A stretch of DNA of 64,000 nt from Puniceicoccales bacterium. Its GTDB lineage: Bacteria > Verrucomicrobiota > Verrucomicrobiia > Opitutales > LL51. The translations under genes and the position numbers were made by a program. Shown here in pieces: positions 21,347 to 30,832 of the stretch. The DNA is taken from assembly GCA_031270475.1 (NCBI GenBank), contig JAISXO010000018.1, positions 105 to 64,104 on the forward strand. Reading direction: 5' to 3'. How positions within the stretch are numbered: the stretch's first letter is position 1; each line of letters opens with the position of its first letter. The notes beneath the pieces are model-generated. The model saw only the letters and a program-made list of their open reading frames with translations. It ran no database searches and had not been told where the DNA came from.

Positions 21347-21697
21347 TTAGCGTTTCCTTTCCTTGACTTTCATCGCCTCTTTTCCAATTCGCTTCCGAAT
21401 ATAGTAGAGTTTGGCACGCATGGGAATGCTCACACGCTCGACTTCGATCTGCGCAATGCTGGGTGAATGCAGGGGAAAGACGCGCTCCACGCCCTCACCG
21501 GCAATCACACGCCGAACGATAAATGAAGCAGCGATTCCGGAATGCTTTCTCGCAATAACGATACCGGAAAAAATCTGAATTCGCTCTTTGTCGCCCTCGC
21601 GGACTTTGACATGAACTTTCACGCCATCACCAACTTTAAAATTGTCGCGATGAGGAATAAGTTGCTTCGAAGTAATATTTTGAATAATTGGATTCAT
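21347..21697 (-). CDS. rplS: 50S ribosomal protein L19
   Basis: 116 aa. FKVGDGVKVHVKVREGDKERIQIFSGIVIARK...ERVFPLHSPSIAQIEV is the classic L19 sequence. Confidence 0.95.
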   Translation of the reverse strand: MNPIIQNITSKQLIPHRDNFKVGDGVKVHVKVREGDKERIQIFSGIVIARKHSGIAASFIVRRVIAGEGVERVFPLHSPSIAQIEVERVSIPMRAKLYYIRKRIGKEAMKVKERKR

Positions 21698-21758
21698 ACT
21701 TTTCTATCTATTAGAATTGGAAAACTAAAAACATTAGTCAAACATTTTTTAAATAGCG

Positions 21759-22430
21759 TCACCCATTGAGTAAATCGGGCCTTCTCTGGCGCGTACGTTC
21801 GAGGCGTTGCCGTTGGCGCCATCGATCAATGGCAGCATGGTCACCGCTCAGTAATACCTCAGGCACTTCCATGCCTTCAAAGACTCTCGGCTGAGTGTAC
21901 TGTGGAGGGGAAAGTAATCCGTCACTGAAAGAATCTTGTTCTAGAGAAACTGCATTACCTAAAACACCGGGAATATGGCGGCAAATCGCATCAATAACAA
22001 CCGCAGCTGCTAAAGTACCATTCGTTAAAACGTAATCCCCGATAGAAATTTCCCAGTCGATGTATTTATCGCGGATGCGTTGATCAATGCCCTCGTAGTG
22101 GCCGGAGACAAAGATAAGGTGCGATTTCTGAGCCAGTTGCTGGGCAATGGCGGTCGTAAAAGGGGTACCATCGGGACAGAGATAAATGACAAAGGCCTGC
22201 TCCGTTTTCAGATCGCGAATGGCTTGCGCGAGAGGTTCTGGCTGGATCACCATCCCGGCACCGCCGCCGAAAGGACGGTCATCGACTCTCCGATGTTTAC
22301 GAGTAGACCAGTGACGAAGGTTATGGGGGCGACAATGGAGCAGTTGATTTTTTTGAGCACGGGCGACGATCGATGTGCGTAAGACTCCATCGAGCATTTC
22401 TGGAAATAGCGAGAGGAGATCGATAATCAT
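21759..22430 (-). CDS. trmD: tRNA (guanine37-N1)-methyltransferase
   Basis: MIIDLLSLFPEM..., VDDRPFGGGAGMV and ISIGDYVLTNGTLAA motifs. Canonical trmD-rplS adjacency. Confidence 0.93.
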   Translation of the reverse strand: MIIDLLSLFPEMLDGVLRTSIVARAQKNQLLHCRPHNLRHWSTRKHRRVDDRPFGGGAGMVIQPEPLAQAIRDLKTEQAFVIYLCPDGTPFTTAIAQQLAQKSHLIFVSGHYEGIDQRIRDKYIDWEISIGDYVLTNGTLAAAVVIDAICRHIPGVLGNAVSLEQDSFSDGLLSPPQYTQPRVFEGMEVPEVLLSGDHAAIDRWRQRQRLERTRQRRPDLLNG

Positions 22431-22583
22431 TCACGGACGGGAATCGGTTGAAGCGGCTCATTTTTTTGGCTAATTATTTTAGTCCACATGTGGGAGAAAA
22501 ATTGCGCGATGTCATTGGGAGTCAAGTTTATTCGAAGTGCTATGGAGTTGTTTCATTGCAATTATACATAGAAGTGGGCAATG

Positions 22584-22617
22584 AAAAGGGGCCTTTGACA
22601 ATTCAAAAGCCCTTTTT
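22584..22617. terminator. Putative bidirectional intrinsic terminator hairpin
   Basis: AAAAGGGGC...GCCCTTTTT stem flanked by an A-run and a T-run, just downstream of the minus-strand gene that ends at 22634. Confidence 0.45.
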
Positions 22618-22633
22618 AGATTGCTTTGATATC

Positions 22634-24352
22634 TTACATCCTATTCACCCGCCTGAAACCCGTTCCGGGAGGAGGCTTACTAGGAGAACCATCAGCATTC
22701 CGCACTGCCCTTTGTTCAAGGGGTGGTGGCGTTTTAAGGACGCGAGTCGGGTGTTCTTCTGACTGGGACGCTGTTCCTCCCACAGGAAGACGATAAGCAG
22801 ACGATAAATTTCTATCAAGGAGCCACTGACGAGAAACCGACCCTTTGCGGCTCAGAGAATCCGACGCATCATCCGACTGGGACGTAGAATCATCCACATC
22901 CGACGAGGACGTAGAATCACCCAGAAAGGTCACCCGCCCCGACTTCCGTGGCGTCTTCACATGTCCTAGTTTGGTACTACAATCTGCCACAACTGTTGTT
23001 ACTTTATTATTACGCTCCAGGAAATGCTGTAATAACGATAGCAAGCCAAGCTTTCCTGTTGTTGCTGGCTTTACTGTTGTTGCTGGCTTTACTGCTTCAG
23101 GTGGAAAGGGTTTGCCGACGAGAAATTCTCTTTCCTCGGGAGTAACCTCTCCACTCTTTGCTAACAAAGACAATTTACCCCATAGACTTACTACGTCACC
23201 ATAGGAACGCGTATCAATACCCTTGAAATTAGGGAAATCCCTTGCTGTTCCTCCCTTAAAACCCAACGTTCCGAAGATATCGTCAGAGAATAATGTATCC
23301 TCGAATAGCGCTGTTAAGTTTTGACTTAGGAAAACATGGTATGTTCTCAATGTATACATATTTGTTAATGGAGGACTATCATAAACTTCAATCTCGGTCT
23401 CGATCAAATAATTCCCATCTGCCTTATCCTTGAATTCTATCGCAGGAAGACTATAATCGGCACTGAAACTTGTTCCATTTGGCTGTTTTACCCAGCCTTG
23501 GCTAGCCAAAACCGATAGGGCTTTTCCTTTCTGTTCATTCCCCTCTCCCTTCACAGTCATGGGATAGAAGTCCTTGATTTTATTAGAATAGTCCCTGTTC
23601 TGAGTAAAGATGTCATTGGCAACGCCTAAACCAGAAAACTTGATCGTTTCTTCAGCCTCCATCGGAAAATCCACCCTATCGCAACAAAATTTAACCTGAG
23701 CTTTGACGCTACTATCATCTTTCAATACTCCGGAGGGAATCATTGTGGGAGAAATGAGTAAAAAACGTCTCCTATTGGGATTGTGGCGATAAATCACTAT
23801 ACTAAAACCCGTTTTGAGATCATGAGAAATGCTAGGACAACTGATGGCAGCCAATATATTTCCGTAGAGATTTAAAACCTCACTGCCATTCTTAGCCTTT
23901 ACATCCTCCACCGTTGCAACCGACTTATCAGCAGGTTTTTTCCCGGGATACCAATAAAATTCTTTATCCGCAGAATGTGCCGGCACGAATATCGGCATTA
24001 CTGGCATCCAATATCTTTCCTCGCTTTTTTTCGAATTCGCATCATAACTCTTTCCGTCGGCAGCGAGCTTATAAAACCACAACGGTTGAACTCCTCTCTT
24101 TCCCCTAACAGTAGGATCAGCCGAAGCAGAGGTAAAAATAGTCGCTTCTCCCTTCTTCTTAGGAAGCTCCGCTTTCTGGAAATTAAGCGAAGCATCCACC
24201 TGAAAAACCAGAGATCTCTTGTTTTTGACGGTGTTCTTTCCTATTTTTGTTCCATCGGGCACCTCAAAGCTCACACTATCCCAGGCATTTGATAAAAGGG
24301 GTGTCATTAGAAACATCCCACTCAATAACTTATTTATAATTTTATAATCCAT
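22634..24352 (-). CDS. Hypothetical secreted protein
   Basis: 572 aa. N-terminus MDYKIINKLLSGMFLMTPLLSNAWDS is signal-like. The C-terminal third is low-complexity (Ser/Asp/Pro rich) and includes KPATTVKPATTG, encoded by an 18-bp x2 repeat at 23058-23093. No recognisable domain. Confidence 0.5.
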   Translation of the reverse strand: MDYKIINKLLSGMFLMTPLLSNAWDSVSFEVPDGTKIGKNTVKNKRSLVFQVDASLNFQKAELPKKKGEATIFTSASADPTVRGKRGVQPLWFYKLAADGKSYDANSKKSEERYWMPVMPIFVPAHSADKEFYWYPGKKPADKSVATVEDVKAKNGSEVLNLYGNILAAISCPSISHDLKTGFSIVIYRHNPNRRRFLLISPTMIPSGVLKDDSSVKAQVKFCCDRVDFPMEAEETIKFSGLGVANDIFTQNRDYSNKIKDFYPMTVKGEGNEQKGKALSVLASQGWVKQPNGTSFSADYSLPAIEFKDKADGNYLIETEIEVYDSPPLTNMYTLRTYHVFLSQNLTALFEDTLFSDDIFGTLGFKGGTARDFPNFKGIDTRSYGDVVSLWGKLSLLAKSGEVTPEEREFLVGKPFPPEAVKPATTVKPATTGKLGLLSLLQHFLERNNKVTTVVADCSTKLGHVKTPRKSGRVTFLGDSTSSSDVDDSTSQSDDASDSLSRKGSVSRQWLLDRNLSSAYRLPVGGTASQSEEHPTRVLKTPPPLEQRAVRNADGSPSKPPPGTGFRRVNRM

Positions 24353-24532
24353 ATCCTTTCCTTTGTTAAATTTTTAATTGAATTAATAACTAACGGCCTT
24401 AATTATAAATTCTTTTTCGCATTTGCAAGTATTTTTTTATTTTTTATAAAAATGTTTCGCGAAACTATAAAAAACTTCCTTACATAAAGATTAAGCTTGT
24501 GATTTCAATGATCATACTTAGCCTGAAACACC

Positions 24533-26068
24533 ATGATTAGCAAACTTCTCGAGCAAATTCGTCGAGATATTTTTTCAACGGAACTTGCGATGACTAAAAA
24601 AAATGTCGGCACTATCCTCTCCATTGCTGATGGCGTCGCCCTTCTCAATGGCCTCTCCGAAGTCATGTATAATGAAATGATCGACTTCGGTAATGATACC
24701 TTTGGTGTCGCCCTAAACCTCGAAGAAGATTTCGTCGGCGTCGTCATCCTCGGCGATTGTTCCCATCTAAAAACCGGTGACCAAGCGACCGCTACCGGGA
24801 AATTACTGTCCGTCCCCGTCGGAAAAAATCTCCTCGGCCGCGTCGTCAACGCTCTCGGCCAACCCATCGACGGTAAAAGCGCTATCACCGCCGAAGAATT
24901 CTATTCCATCGAAAAAATCGCCCCCGGAATTATGCCGCGCCAATCCGTTAACCAGCCGCTCCAAACGGGTATCCTCGCCATCGATGCCATGATTCCCATC
25001 GGCCGTGGCCAACGGGAACTCATCATCGGCGACCGCGCCACAGGAAAATCCACCATCGCCATCGATACCATTATTAATCAGGCCAAAATTAATCGGGAAG
25101 GCCTCGCTTCCGGCAATCCGGACTTTCGTCCCGTATACTCCATCTACGTCGCCATCGGACAGAAAAATTCTACCATCGCACGGACCATTAAAACACTCAC
25201 AGACCATGGAGCTATGGATTTTACGATCGTCGTCAATTCTTCCGCCGCCGATAATCCCGCGAACCAATACATCGCCCCCTACGCTGGCTGCGCCATGGGA
25301 GAATGGTTCATGCATAACGGTATGGATGCCCTCATCGTCTATGATGACCTCTCGAAACATGCGGTAGCGTATCGGCAAATTTGTCTCATTCTCAAACGCC
25401 CCTCCGGCCGAGAAGCCTATCCGGGCGATGTCTTTTACTTGCATTCCAAACTGCTCGAACGGGCCGCCCGACTCAATGCGGAAAATGGCAACGGCTCTCT
25501 TACTGCATTACCTATTATCGAAACCCAGGCCGGTGATGTGTCAGCATATATCCCGACAAATGTTATTTCAATCACCGATGGACAAATTTTTCTCGATACG
25601 GATCTTTTTAATAGAGGTGTACGACCAGCGATCTCGATTGGGATTTCCGTCTCCCGAGTGGGCTCCACCGCTCAAATGAAGGCGCTTAAACAGGTGGCAG
25701 GAAAATTGAAACTCGAATTAGGCCAGTACTACGAACTGAGCTCTTTTGCGCAATTTGGCTCCGATCTGGACGCCAAAACACAGCAACAACTCGACCGCGG
25801 CGCCCGCATTGTGGCCCTATTTCGACAGCCAGCTAATGCCCCACGAAGCCTTTTAGACCAGATTCTTGTGCTTTGGGCAATTAAAACAGGCATTTTCGAT
25901 ACCATAGCCCTCGACCATATCAATACCGCAGCGGAATCTTTACTCACCTATTTTGCAACCGCCGGTATGCAAGTTTTAATGCAAATTACCCAAAAAGGCC
26001 AATTGACAGAAGAAATCGAAGGACATCTTATGGAAATTGTTACCGATTGGCAAAAAACACAGGCGTAA
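24533..26068 (+). CDS. atpA: F1-type ATP synthase alpha subunit (stand-alone)
   Basis: 511 aa, colinear by eye with E. coli AtpA. Motifs present: [63 protein letters not shown] and [29 protein letters not shown]. No other atp gene flanks it. Confidence 0.9.
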   Translation: MISKLLEQIRRDIFSTELAMTKKNVGTILSIADGVALLNGLSEVMYNEMIDFGNDTFGVALNLEEDFVGVVILGDCSHLKTGDQATATGKLLSVPVGKNLLGRVVNALGQPIDGKSAITAEEFYSIEKIAPGIMPRQSVNQPLQTGILAIDAMIPIGRGQRELIIGDRATGKSTIAIDTIINQAKINREGLASGNPDFRPVYSIYVAIGQKNSTIARTIKTLTDHGAMDFTIVVNSSAADNPANQYIAPYAGCAMGEWFMHNGMDALIVYDDLSKHAVAYRQICLILKRPSGREAYPGDVFYLHSKLLERAARLNAENGNGSLTALPIIETQAGDVSAYIPTNVISITDGQIFLDTDLFNRGVRPAISIGISVSRVGSTAQMKALKQVAGKLKLELGQYYELSSFAQFGSDLDAKTQQQLDRGARIVALFRQPANAPRSLLDQILVLWAIKTGIFDTIALDHINTAAESLLTYFATAGMQVLMQITQKGQLTEEIEGHLMEIVTDWQKTQA

Positions 26069-26114
26069 ACAATATTAATAAAGCGTAAAAATTCGTCGAT
26101 GCTCAAAATTTTGA

Positions 26115-26182
26115 CGTGCCGCTTGCTCCCACCCTCTACCCTTCAGCCTTGCCACCCTTTCCACGGCTGTCAAGTATTTTTT
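26115..26182 (+). repeat. C-rich extragenic element, copy C (about 45 nt after the atpA stop)
   Basis: GTGCCGCTTGCTCCCACCCTCTACCCTTCAGCCTTGCCACCCTTTCCACGGCTGTCAAGTATTTTTT. This copy is closest to copy D. Confidence 0.6.
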
Positions 26183-26267
26183 GAAAAATGTAAATTCAAT
26201 CCTCATCTGTGCTCGTTAAAAAATATTTGTTGCTTGAAATTTTCCTTTCCTTAGAAAGCTTTTTTTT

Positions 26268-26699
26268 GTGCGATATTTGAAGACTAGTTTTATAATTTTT
26301 GGAGTAGCCACCGTTCTCTTTTTTTCGGGATGTTCCGGTATTTTTTCTGAAAACTCATCGGCGCTCAATAAGCAAGCCAAGTTTGCTAAATCTTTCGATC
26401 GAGAGATTCCGCAAGCCAAGGTTCGCCCTTGTGCCTATAGTGGAATATTAAAGCATTGCGATTCATTCTGGCTATTGCCTTTTTGGAAACCTAATTACGA
26501 CTATTGCATCGCCGACATTAAAGGAAATACAATTACATTTCTCGATATTTCCGATCTTGCAATGGGCATTTCATTGGCAAACTTCATCGATAAAATGGTT
26601 ACCGTTCACGGCCAGACTTTTCCCCATAAACACCGCGGCATTATTGTTGTAAAAGCGAAACATCTTGTCCCCCACGAAACGAAAAAGTTGACTCCATGA
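26268..26699 (+). CDS. Hypothetical lipoprotein
   Basis: GTG start. MRYLKTSFIIFGVATVLFFSGCSG contains a lipobox (FFSGC). Its stop overlaps the start of the next gene (ATGA). Confidence 0.5.
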   Translation: MRYLKTSFIIFGVATVLFFSGCSGIFSENSSALNKQAKFAKSFDREIPQAKVRPCAYSGILKHCDSFWLLPFWKPNYDYCIADIKGNTITFLDISDLAMGISLANFIDKMVTVHGQTFPHKHRGIIVVKAKHLVPHETKKLTP

Positions 26700-27751
26700 A
26701 TGCTTTTTTTTCCCACGTTGTCATCGAATCAATTGCCCATGTTTTGCCACCGGTTGTGATGACGTCGGATGAAATTGAGCAGCGGTTGAGTACGCTTTAC
26801 GAGCGGCTTCATTTACCATTCGGGCGTCTGGAATTGATGACCGGGATTCAAGAGCGGCGTCTTTGGGATGAAGCTATTCTCCCTTCCCAAGCCAGTACAC
26901 AGGCCGCCGAGAGTATTTTGCAAAAAACTTCGATTCAGAGAGATAGTATCGATTTACTGATCCACGCCTCCGTTTGTCGCGATCGACTTGAGCCTGCGAC
27001 GGCAGCCTATGTTCATCGCAATTTACAACTTTCCAAACATACCCTATTTTTTGATTTATCGAATGCCTGTCTTGGATTCCTGAATGCGATGGCGATGGTA
27101 GCCGCAATGATTGAAGCCCAACAAATCCGCTCGGCGCTCATTGTTTCTGGAGAAAATGGTAAGCCGCTCCTCGATCATACGCTCGCGCTTCTCCAAAATA
27201 ATACCACCATTACTCGTCGAGAGATCAAGTCTTATTTCGCCAATTTGACCATTGGATCTGGAGCAGTTGCAGCGGTACTTTGCCACGAATCTTTTGGGAA
27301 AAGTAATAAAAATTTACTAAAACTGAAAGCAATTTCAGCGCTTTCCGACTCAAGTGGTTGTACTTTATGCCAGGGGGATGCGACAGCTGATAGCGGTCTC
27401 ACGATGCAGACGGATTCGGAACCTTTACTGAAGCTTGGTATTCAACTTGCTCGAAACAATTGGCAACATTTTTTGCATTACACTCGCCTTCAAAGTACGG
27501 ATATAGCTCATACGATTTGTCATCAAGTTGGCCATCGCCACCGATCCCTGCTCTATCAAGCGCTGGAACTCGACCTGGAGAAAGATTTTTCGACATTTCC
27601 CTTCCTTGGAAATACGGGATCCGTCGCCCTTCCTTTGTCCCTATCGCTAGCGGTTGAGAAAAATATTATCCAGGGGAAAACCGCGCTGTTGGGGATTGGC
27701 AGCGGCATTAGTTCTTTGATGATGCTTCTCGAAAACGTCGCAGCGATATAA
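26696..27751 (+). CDS. KAS III (FabH) family condensing enzyme/acyltransferase
   Basis: 351 aa. The Cys-His-Asn triad contexts are retained: FDLSNACLGF, ICHQVGHRH and FLGNTGSVALP. The N-terminus is atypical for housekeeping FabH. Confidence 0.75.
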   Translation: MNAFFSHVVIESIAHVLPPVVMTSDEIEQRLSTLYERLHLPFGRLELMTGIQERRLWDEAILPSQASTQAAESILQKTSIQRDSIDLLIHASVCRDRLEPATAAYVHRNLQLSKHTLFFDLSNACLGFLNAMAMVAAMIEAQQIRSALIVSGENGKPLLDHTLALLQNNTTITRREIKSYFANLTIGSGAVAAVLCHESFGKSNKNLLKLKAISALSDSSGCTLCQGDATADSGLTMQTDSEPLLKLGIQLARNNWQHFLHYTRLQSTDIAHTICHQVGHRHRSLLYQALELDLEKDFSTFPFLGNTGSVALPLSLSLAVEKNIIQGKTALLGIGSGISSLMMLLENVAAI

Positions 27752-27814
27752 ATTTTTATTTTTTTACAGTATACAATTGATATTCCTCGTAAAAACGTAC
27801 AACGAAAGCGTAAT

Positions 27815-29194
27815 ATGCAGATTTATTTTTTAGGCATTGGTGGAACAGCAATGGGAAATTTAGCGATCCTGCTCCAAACGCAGGGCCATGAAGTATATGG
27901 AAGCGATCAAAAAATTTACTCGCCGATGTTCGACCTCCTCGCGGAACATAAAATTGTCACCCATATTGGTTATTCTGCTCAACGGCTCGAAAAATTGAAT
28001 CCCGATCTTGTCGTCATCGGCAATGCTATTGCGCGTGGTAACGAGGAAGTGGAATGGTTACTCGATCGCAAAAAAATTCCCTACTGCTCTCTCCCCGAAC
28101 TCATTCATCAGCAAATAATTGGTAAGCGGGATACGATCGTTGTTTCTGGAACCCACGGAAAAACGACTACGACCGCGCTTATCGCCTATTTGCTATCGAT
28201 GAATCGTTGCGACCCCGGTTATTTTATCGGTGGTGTTCCGCTTAATTTCCCGTCTGGCGGGAATTACGGAAAGGAGGACGGTCCATTTATTATTGAGGGC
28301 GATGAGTATGATTCGGCATTTTTTGACAAACGCAGCAAATTTATTCACTATTCTCCAAAGATTCTTGTTATTAATAATATCGAATTGGATCACCTCGATA
28401 TTTTTCGCGATCTACAGGATATTCAACGGACATTTTCCCATGTGATCAAGCTTGTTCCTTCCTGCGGCTATATCGTAGCCAATGGAGATTCGGCGGCAAT
28501 CCACGAGTTATTGCCGGTTCCCTGGACGCGGACTATTTTTGTTGGGAAAGATGGGGGTAACGATTTTATCATCGAGGATGCGAGGTTAACTCAACAGGAT
28601 ACGACTTTTTCACTGGTCAGTAACACAACTAAAATCTCCATTCGGAGTCCTCTTTTTGGCGAACACAATGTGCGCAATGTGGCGATGGCTATTGTTGCGG
28701 CACAGGAGTATCTTGGAACGAATTTAAATAGTGATCTGAGTCATTTTGCGGGCATTAGAAAGCGCCAGGAAATTATTTTTCGAGATGAGAACACGGTAAT
28801 TATCGAGGATTTTGCACATCATCCGACGGCGATTTCGGAAACGATTTGCGCCATTAAACAGGCATTCCCAAGCCATCGACTCATTACTGCCTTTGAGCCG
28901 CGCAGCAATACTGCCTGCTCCAACTGTTTCCAAAAGGATTTTATTGGTGCTTTTGAGGGCAGCGACGAAGTTTACATCGCGGAAGTTTACAAAAATAGAG
29001 CCCAGAGTTTGGATATCCACAAGCTCGCCCGAGATATCCGCTATTGTCCCGCACAGCCCGTCGACATTTCCAGCATTAAAGCCACTTTCCCGGGAAAAAT
29101 TAATCGCGAAAAGCAAGTTTTTCTCTTCCTATCCAACGGTGATTTTTCTAACCTTGCGCAATATTTAAAGGATAGTGTCAATTCGAAATTCTGA
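27815..29194 (+). CDS. mpl: UDP-N-acetylmuramate:L-alanyl-gamma-D-glutamyl-meso-diaminopimelate ligase (Mpl-like Mur ligase)
   Basis: MQIYFLGIGGTAMGNLAILL, VSGTHGKTTTTALIAYLL (P-loop), IIEGDEYDSAFFDKRSKF and NNIELDHLDIF together give an Mpl-type rather than MurC-type pattern. Confidence 0.85.
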   Translation: MQIYFLGIGGTAMGNLAILLQTQGHEVYGSDQKIYSPMFDLLAEHKIVTHIGYSAQRLEKLNPDLVVIGNAIARGNEEVEWLLDRKKIPYCSLPELIHQQIIGKRDTIVVSGTHGKTTTTALIAYLLSMNRCDPGYFIGGVPLNFPSGGNYGKEDGPFIIEGDEYDSAFFDKRSKFIHYSPKILVINNIELDHLDIFRDLQDIQRTFSHVIKLVPSCGYIVANGDSAAIHELLPVPWTRTIFVGKDGGNDFIIEDARLTQQDTTFSLVSNTTKISIRSPLFGEHNVRNVAMAIVAAQEYLGTNLNSDLSHFAGIRKRQEIIFRDENTVIIEDFAHHPTAISETICAIKQAFPSHRLITAFEPRSNTACSNCFQKDFIGAFEGSDEVYIAEVYKNRAQSLDIHKLARDIRYCPAQPVDISSIKATFPGKINREKQVFLFLSNGDFSNLAQYLKDSVNSKF

Positions 29195-29690
29195 ACCGTA
29201 TCGCTTTGTGTGACACAGCCCGTCGATATTTCCAGTATTAAAGCCACTTTATCGGAGAAAATTAATCGCGAAAAGCAAGTTTTTCTCTTCCTATCCAACG
29301 GTGATTTTTCTAACCTTGCACAATATTTAAAGGATAGTGTCAATTCGAATTTCTGAACCGTATCGCTTTGTGTGACACAGCCCGTCGATATTTCCAGCAT
29401 TAAAGCCATTTTATCGGGAAAAATTAATCGCGAAAAACAAGTTTTTCTCTTCCTATCTAACGGTGATTTTTCTAACCTTGCGCAATATTTGAAGGATAGT
29501 GTCAATTCGAAATTCTGAACCGTATCACTTTGTGTGACACAACCCGCCTATATTTCCAGCATTAAAGCCACTTTCCCGGGAAAAATTAATCGCGAAAAAC
29601 AAGTTTTTTTCTTCCTATCCAACGGTGATTTTTTCTAACCTTGCACAATATTTGAAGGATAGTGCAATTTTGGAATTGCATCGCAAAAAG
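29052..29690 (+). repeat. 162-bp tandem repeat array, about 4 copies, derived from the mpl 3' end
   Basis: Units lie at 29052-29213 (native mpl tail plus stop), 29214-29375, 29376-29537 and 29538 to about 29690 (degenerate, with indels). The period is 162 bp (54 codons). TGA stops recur in phase at 29192, 29354 and 29516. Confidence 0.92.
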
Positions 29691-29712
29691 ATCGGATTAG
29701 CATTCGGTTGAT

Positions 29713-30762
29713 ATGAATAAGCGTATTCAAGATTTCATTGCACATGATAAGGATAAATTGGTTGAGCATAAATGCCGAACCATTTCAAAAGAGACATTGC
29801 ATCTCCCGGGATCGGATTTTATCGATCGCGTCTTTGTCCATACCGATCGCTCCCAACGCGTTCTCAATCACCTGGCGTGGATAGCACGTACAGGACGGCT
29901 CGCAGGGACGGGATATACATCAATTTTGCCCGTAGATCAGGGTATCGAACACTCAGCGGCAGCGAGCTTCGCACCGAATCCTATCTATTTCGATCCAGAA
30001 AATATCGTTAAACTCGCTCTCGAAGGAGGTTGTAGTGCGGTCGCATCGACGCTCGGCGTTTTAGGGAGTTTAAGTCGGAAGTATTCCCACAGAATTCCAT
30101 TTGTCGTCAAACTGAATCACAACGAGCTTCTGACCTATCCCAACAAATTCGATCAAGTTTATTTTGGCCAGGTGGAACAAGCCTACGAAATGGGTGCAGC
30201 AGCGATTGGAGCGACGATTTATTTTGGGTCCGAGGAATCCACTCGCCAAATTCAGGAAACAAGTACGGCATTTCAGTTAGCACATGAGCTAGGATTAGTA
30301 ACGATTCTGTGGTGTTACCTGCGCAATCCCGCATTCAAAGCGGATAAGGATTATCATACGGCAGCGGATTTGACTGGCCAGGCGAATCATATTGGCGTGA
30401 CCATCGAGGCAGATATCATTAAACAAAAACTACCCACGAATAACGGAGGGTTTAAAGCGGTTAATTTCAGTAAAACCCACGAAAAAGTTTACAGCGAACT
30501 GACAACAAATCATCCGATTGATTTGACGCGCTATCAAGTTGCGAATTGCTACATGGGACGTATGGGACTAATTAATTCCGGTGGAGCTGCAGGGGAGGAC
30601 GACTTTAACGAGGCGATTCAAACAGCAATTATCAATAAGCGAGCTGGAGGTTCAGGATTAATTTGTGGTCGCAAGGCATTTCAACGCCCCATGAAAGACG
30701 GCATCGAATTGCTCAACACAATCCAGGATGTTTACCTCGAACAATCGATTACGATTGCTTAA
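29713..30762 (+). CDS. fbaB: Class I fructose-bisphosphate aldolase (FbaB/DhnA type)
   Basis: 349 aa. [20 protein letters not shown]...[11 protein letters not shown]...[11 protein letters not shown]...IIKQKLP is colinear with DhnA-type aldolases. Confidence 0.85.
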   Translation: MNKRIQDFIAHDKDKLVEHKCRTISKETLHLPGSDFIDRVFVHTDRSQRVLNHLAWIARTGRLAGTGYTSILPVDQGIEHSAAASFAPNPIYFDPENIVKLALEGGCSAVASTLGVLGSLSRKYSHRIPFVVKLNHNELLTYPNKFDQVYFGQVEQAYEMGAAAIGATIYFGSEESTRQIQETSTAFQLAHELGLVTILWCYLRNPAFKADKDYHTAADLTGQANHIGVTIEADIIKQKLPTNNGGFKAVNFSKTHEKVYSELTTNHPIDLTRYQVANCYMGRMGLINSGGAAGEDDFNEAIQTAIINKRAGGSGLICGRKAFQRPMKDGIELLNTIQDVYLEQSITIA

Positions 30763-30832
30763 TTAAGCTCTTTTTAGACCATAAAAGTTTATTTCTCTGG
30801 GAAAGTTTTTATATGTTAATTTTGCGGAATGG

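Noticed and set aside
29041-29505. 154-aa minus-strand ORF with an internally repeated sequence (LTLSFKYCARLEKSPLDRKRKTCFSRLIF...)
   Set aside because: It is the antisense reading of the 162-bp mpl-tail tandem array. Its internal repeats simply mirror the DNA repeat, it overlaps the mpl 3' end, and it has no start context.
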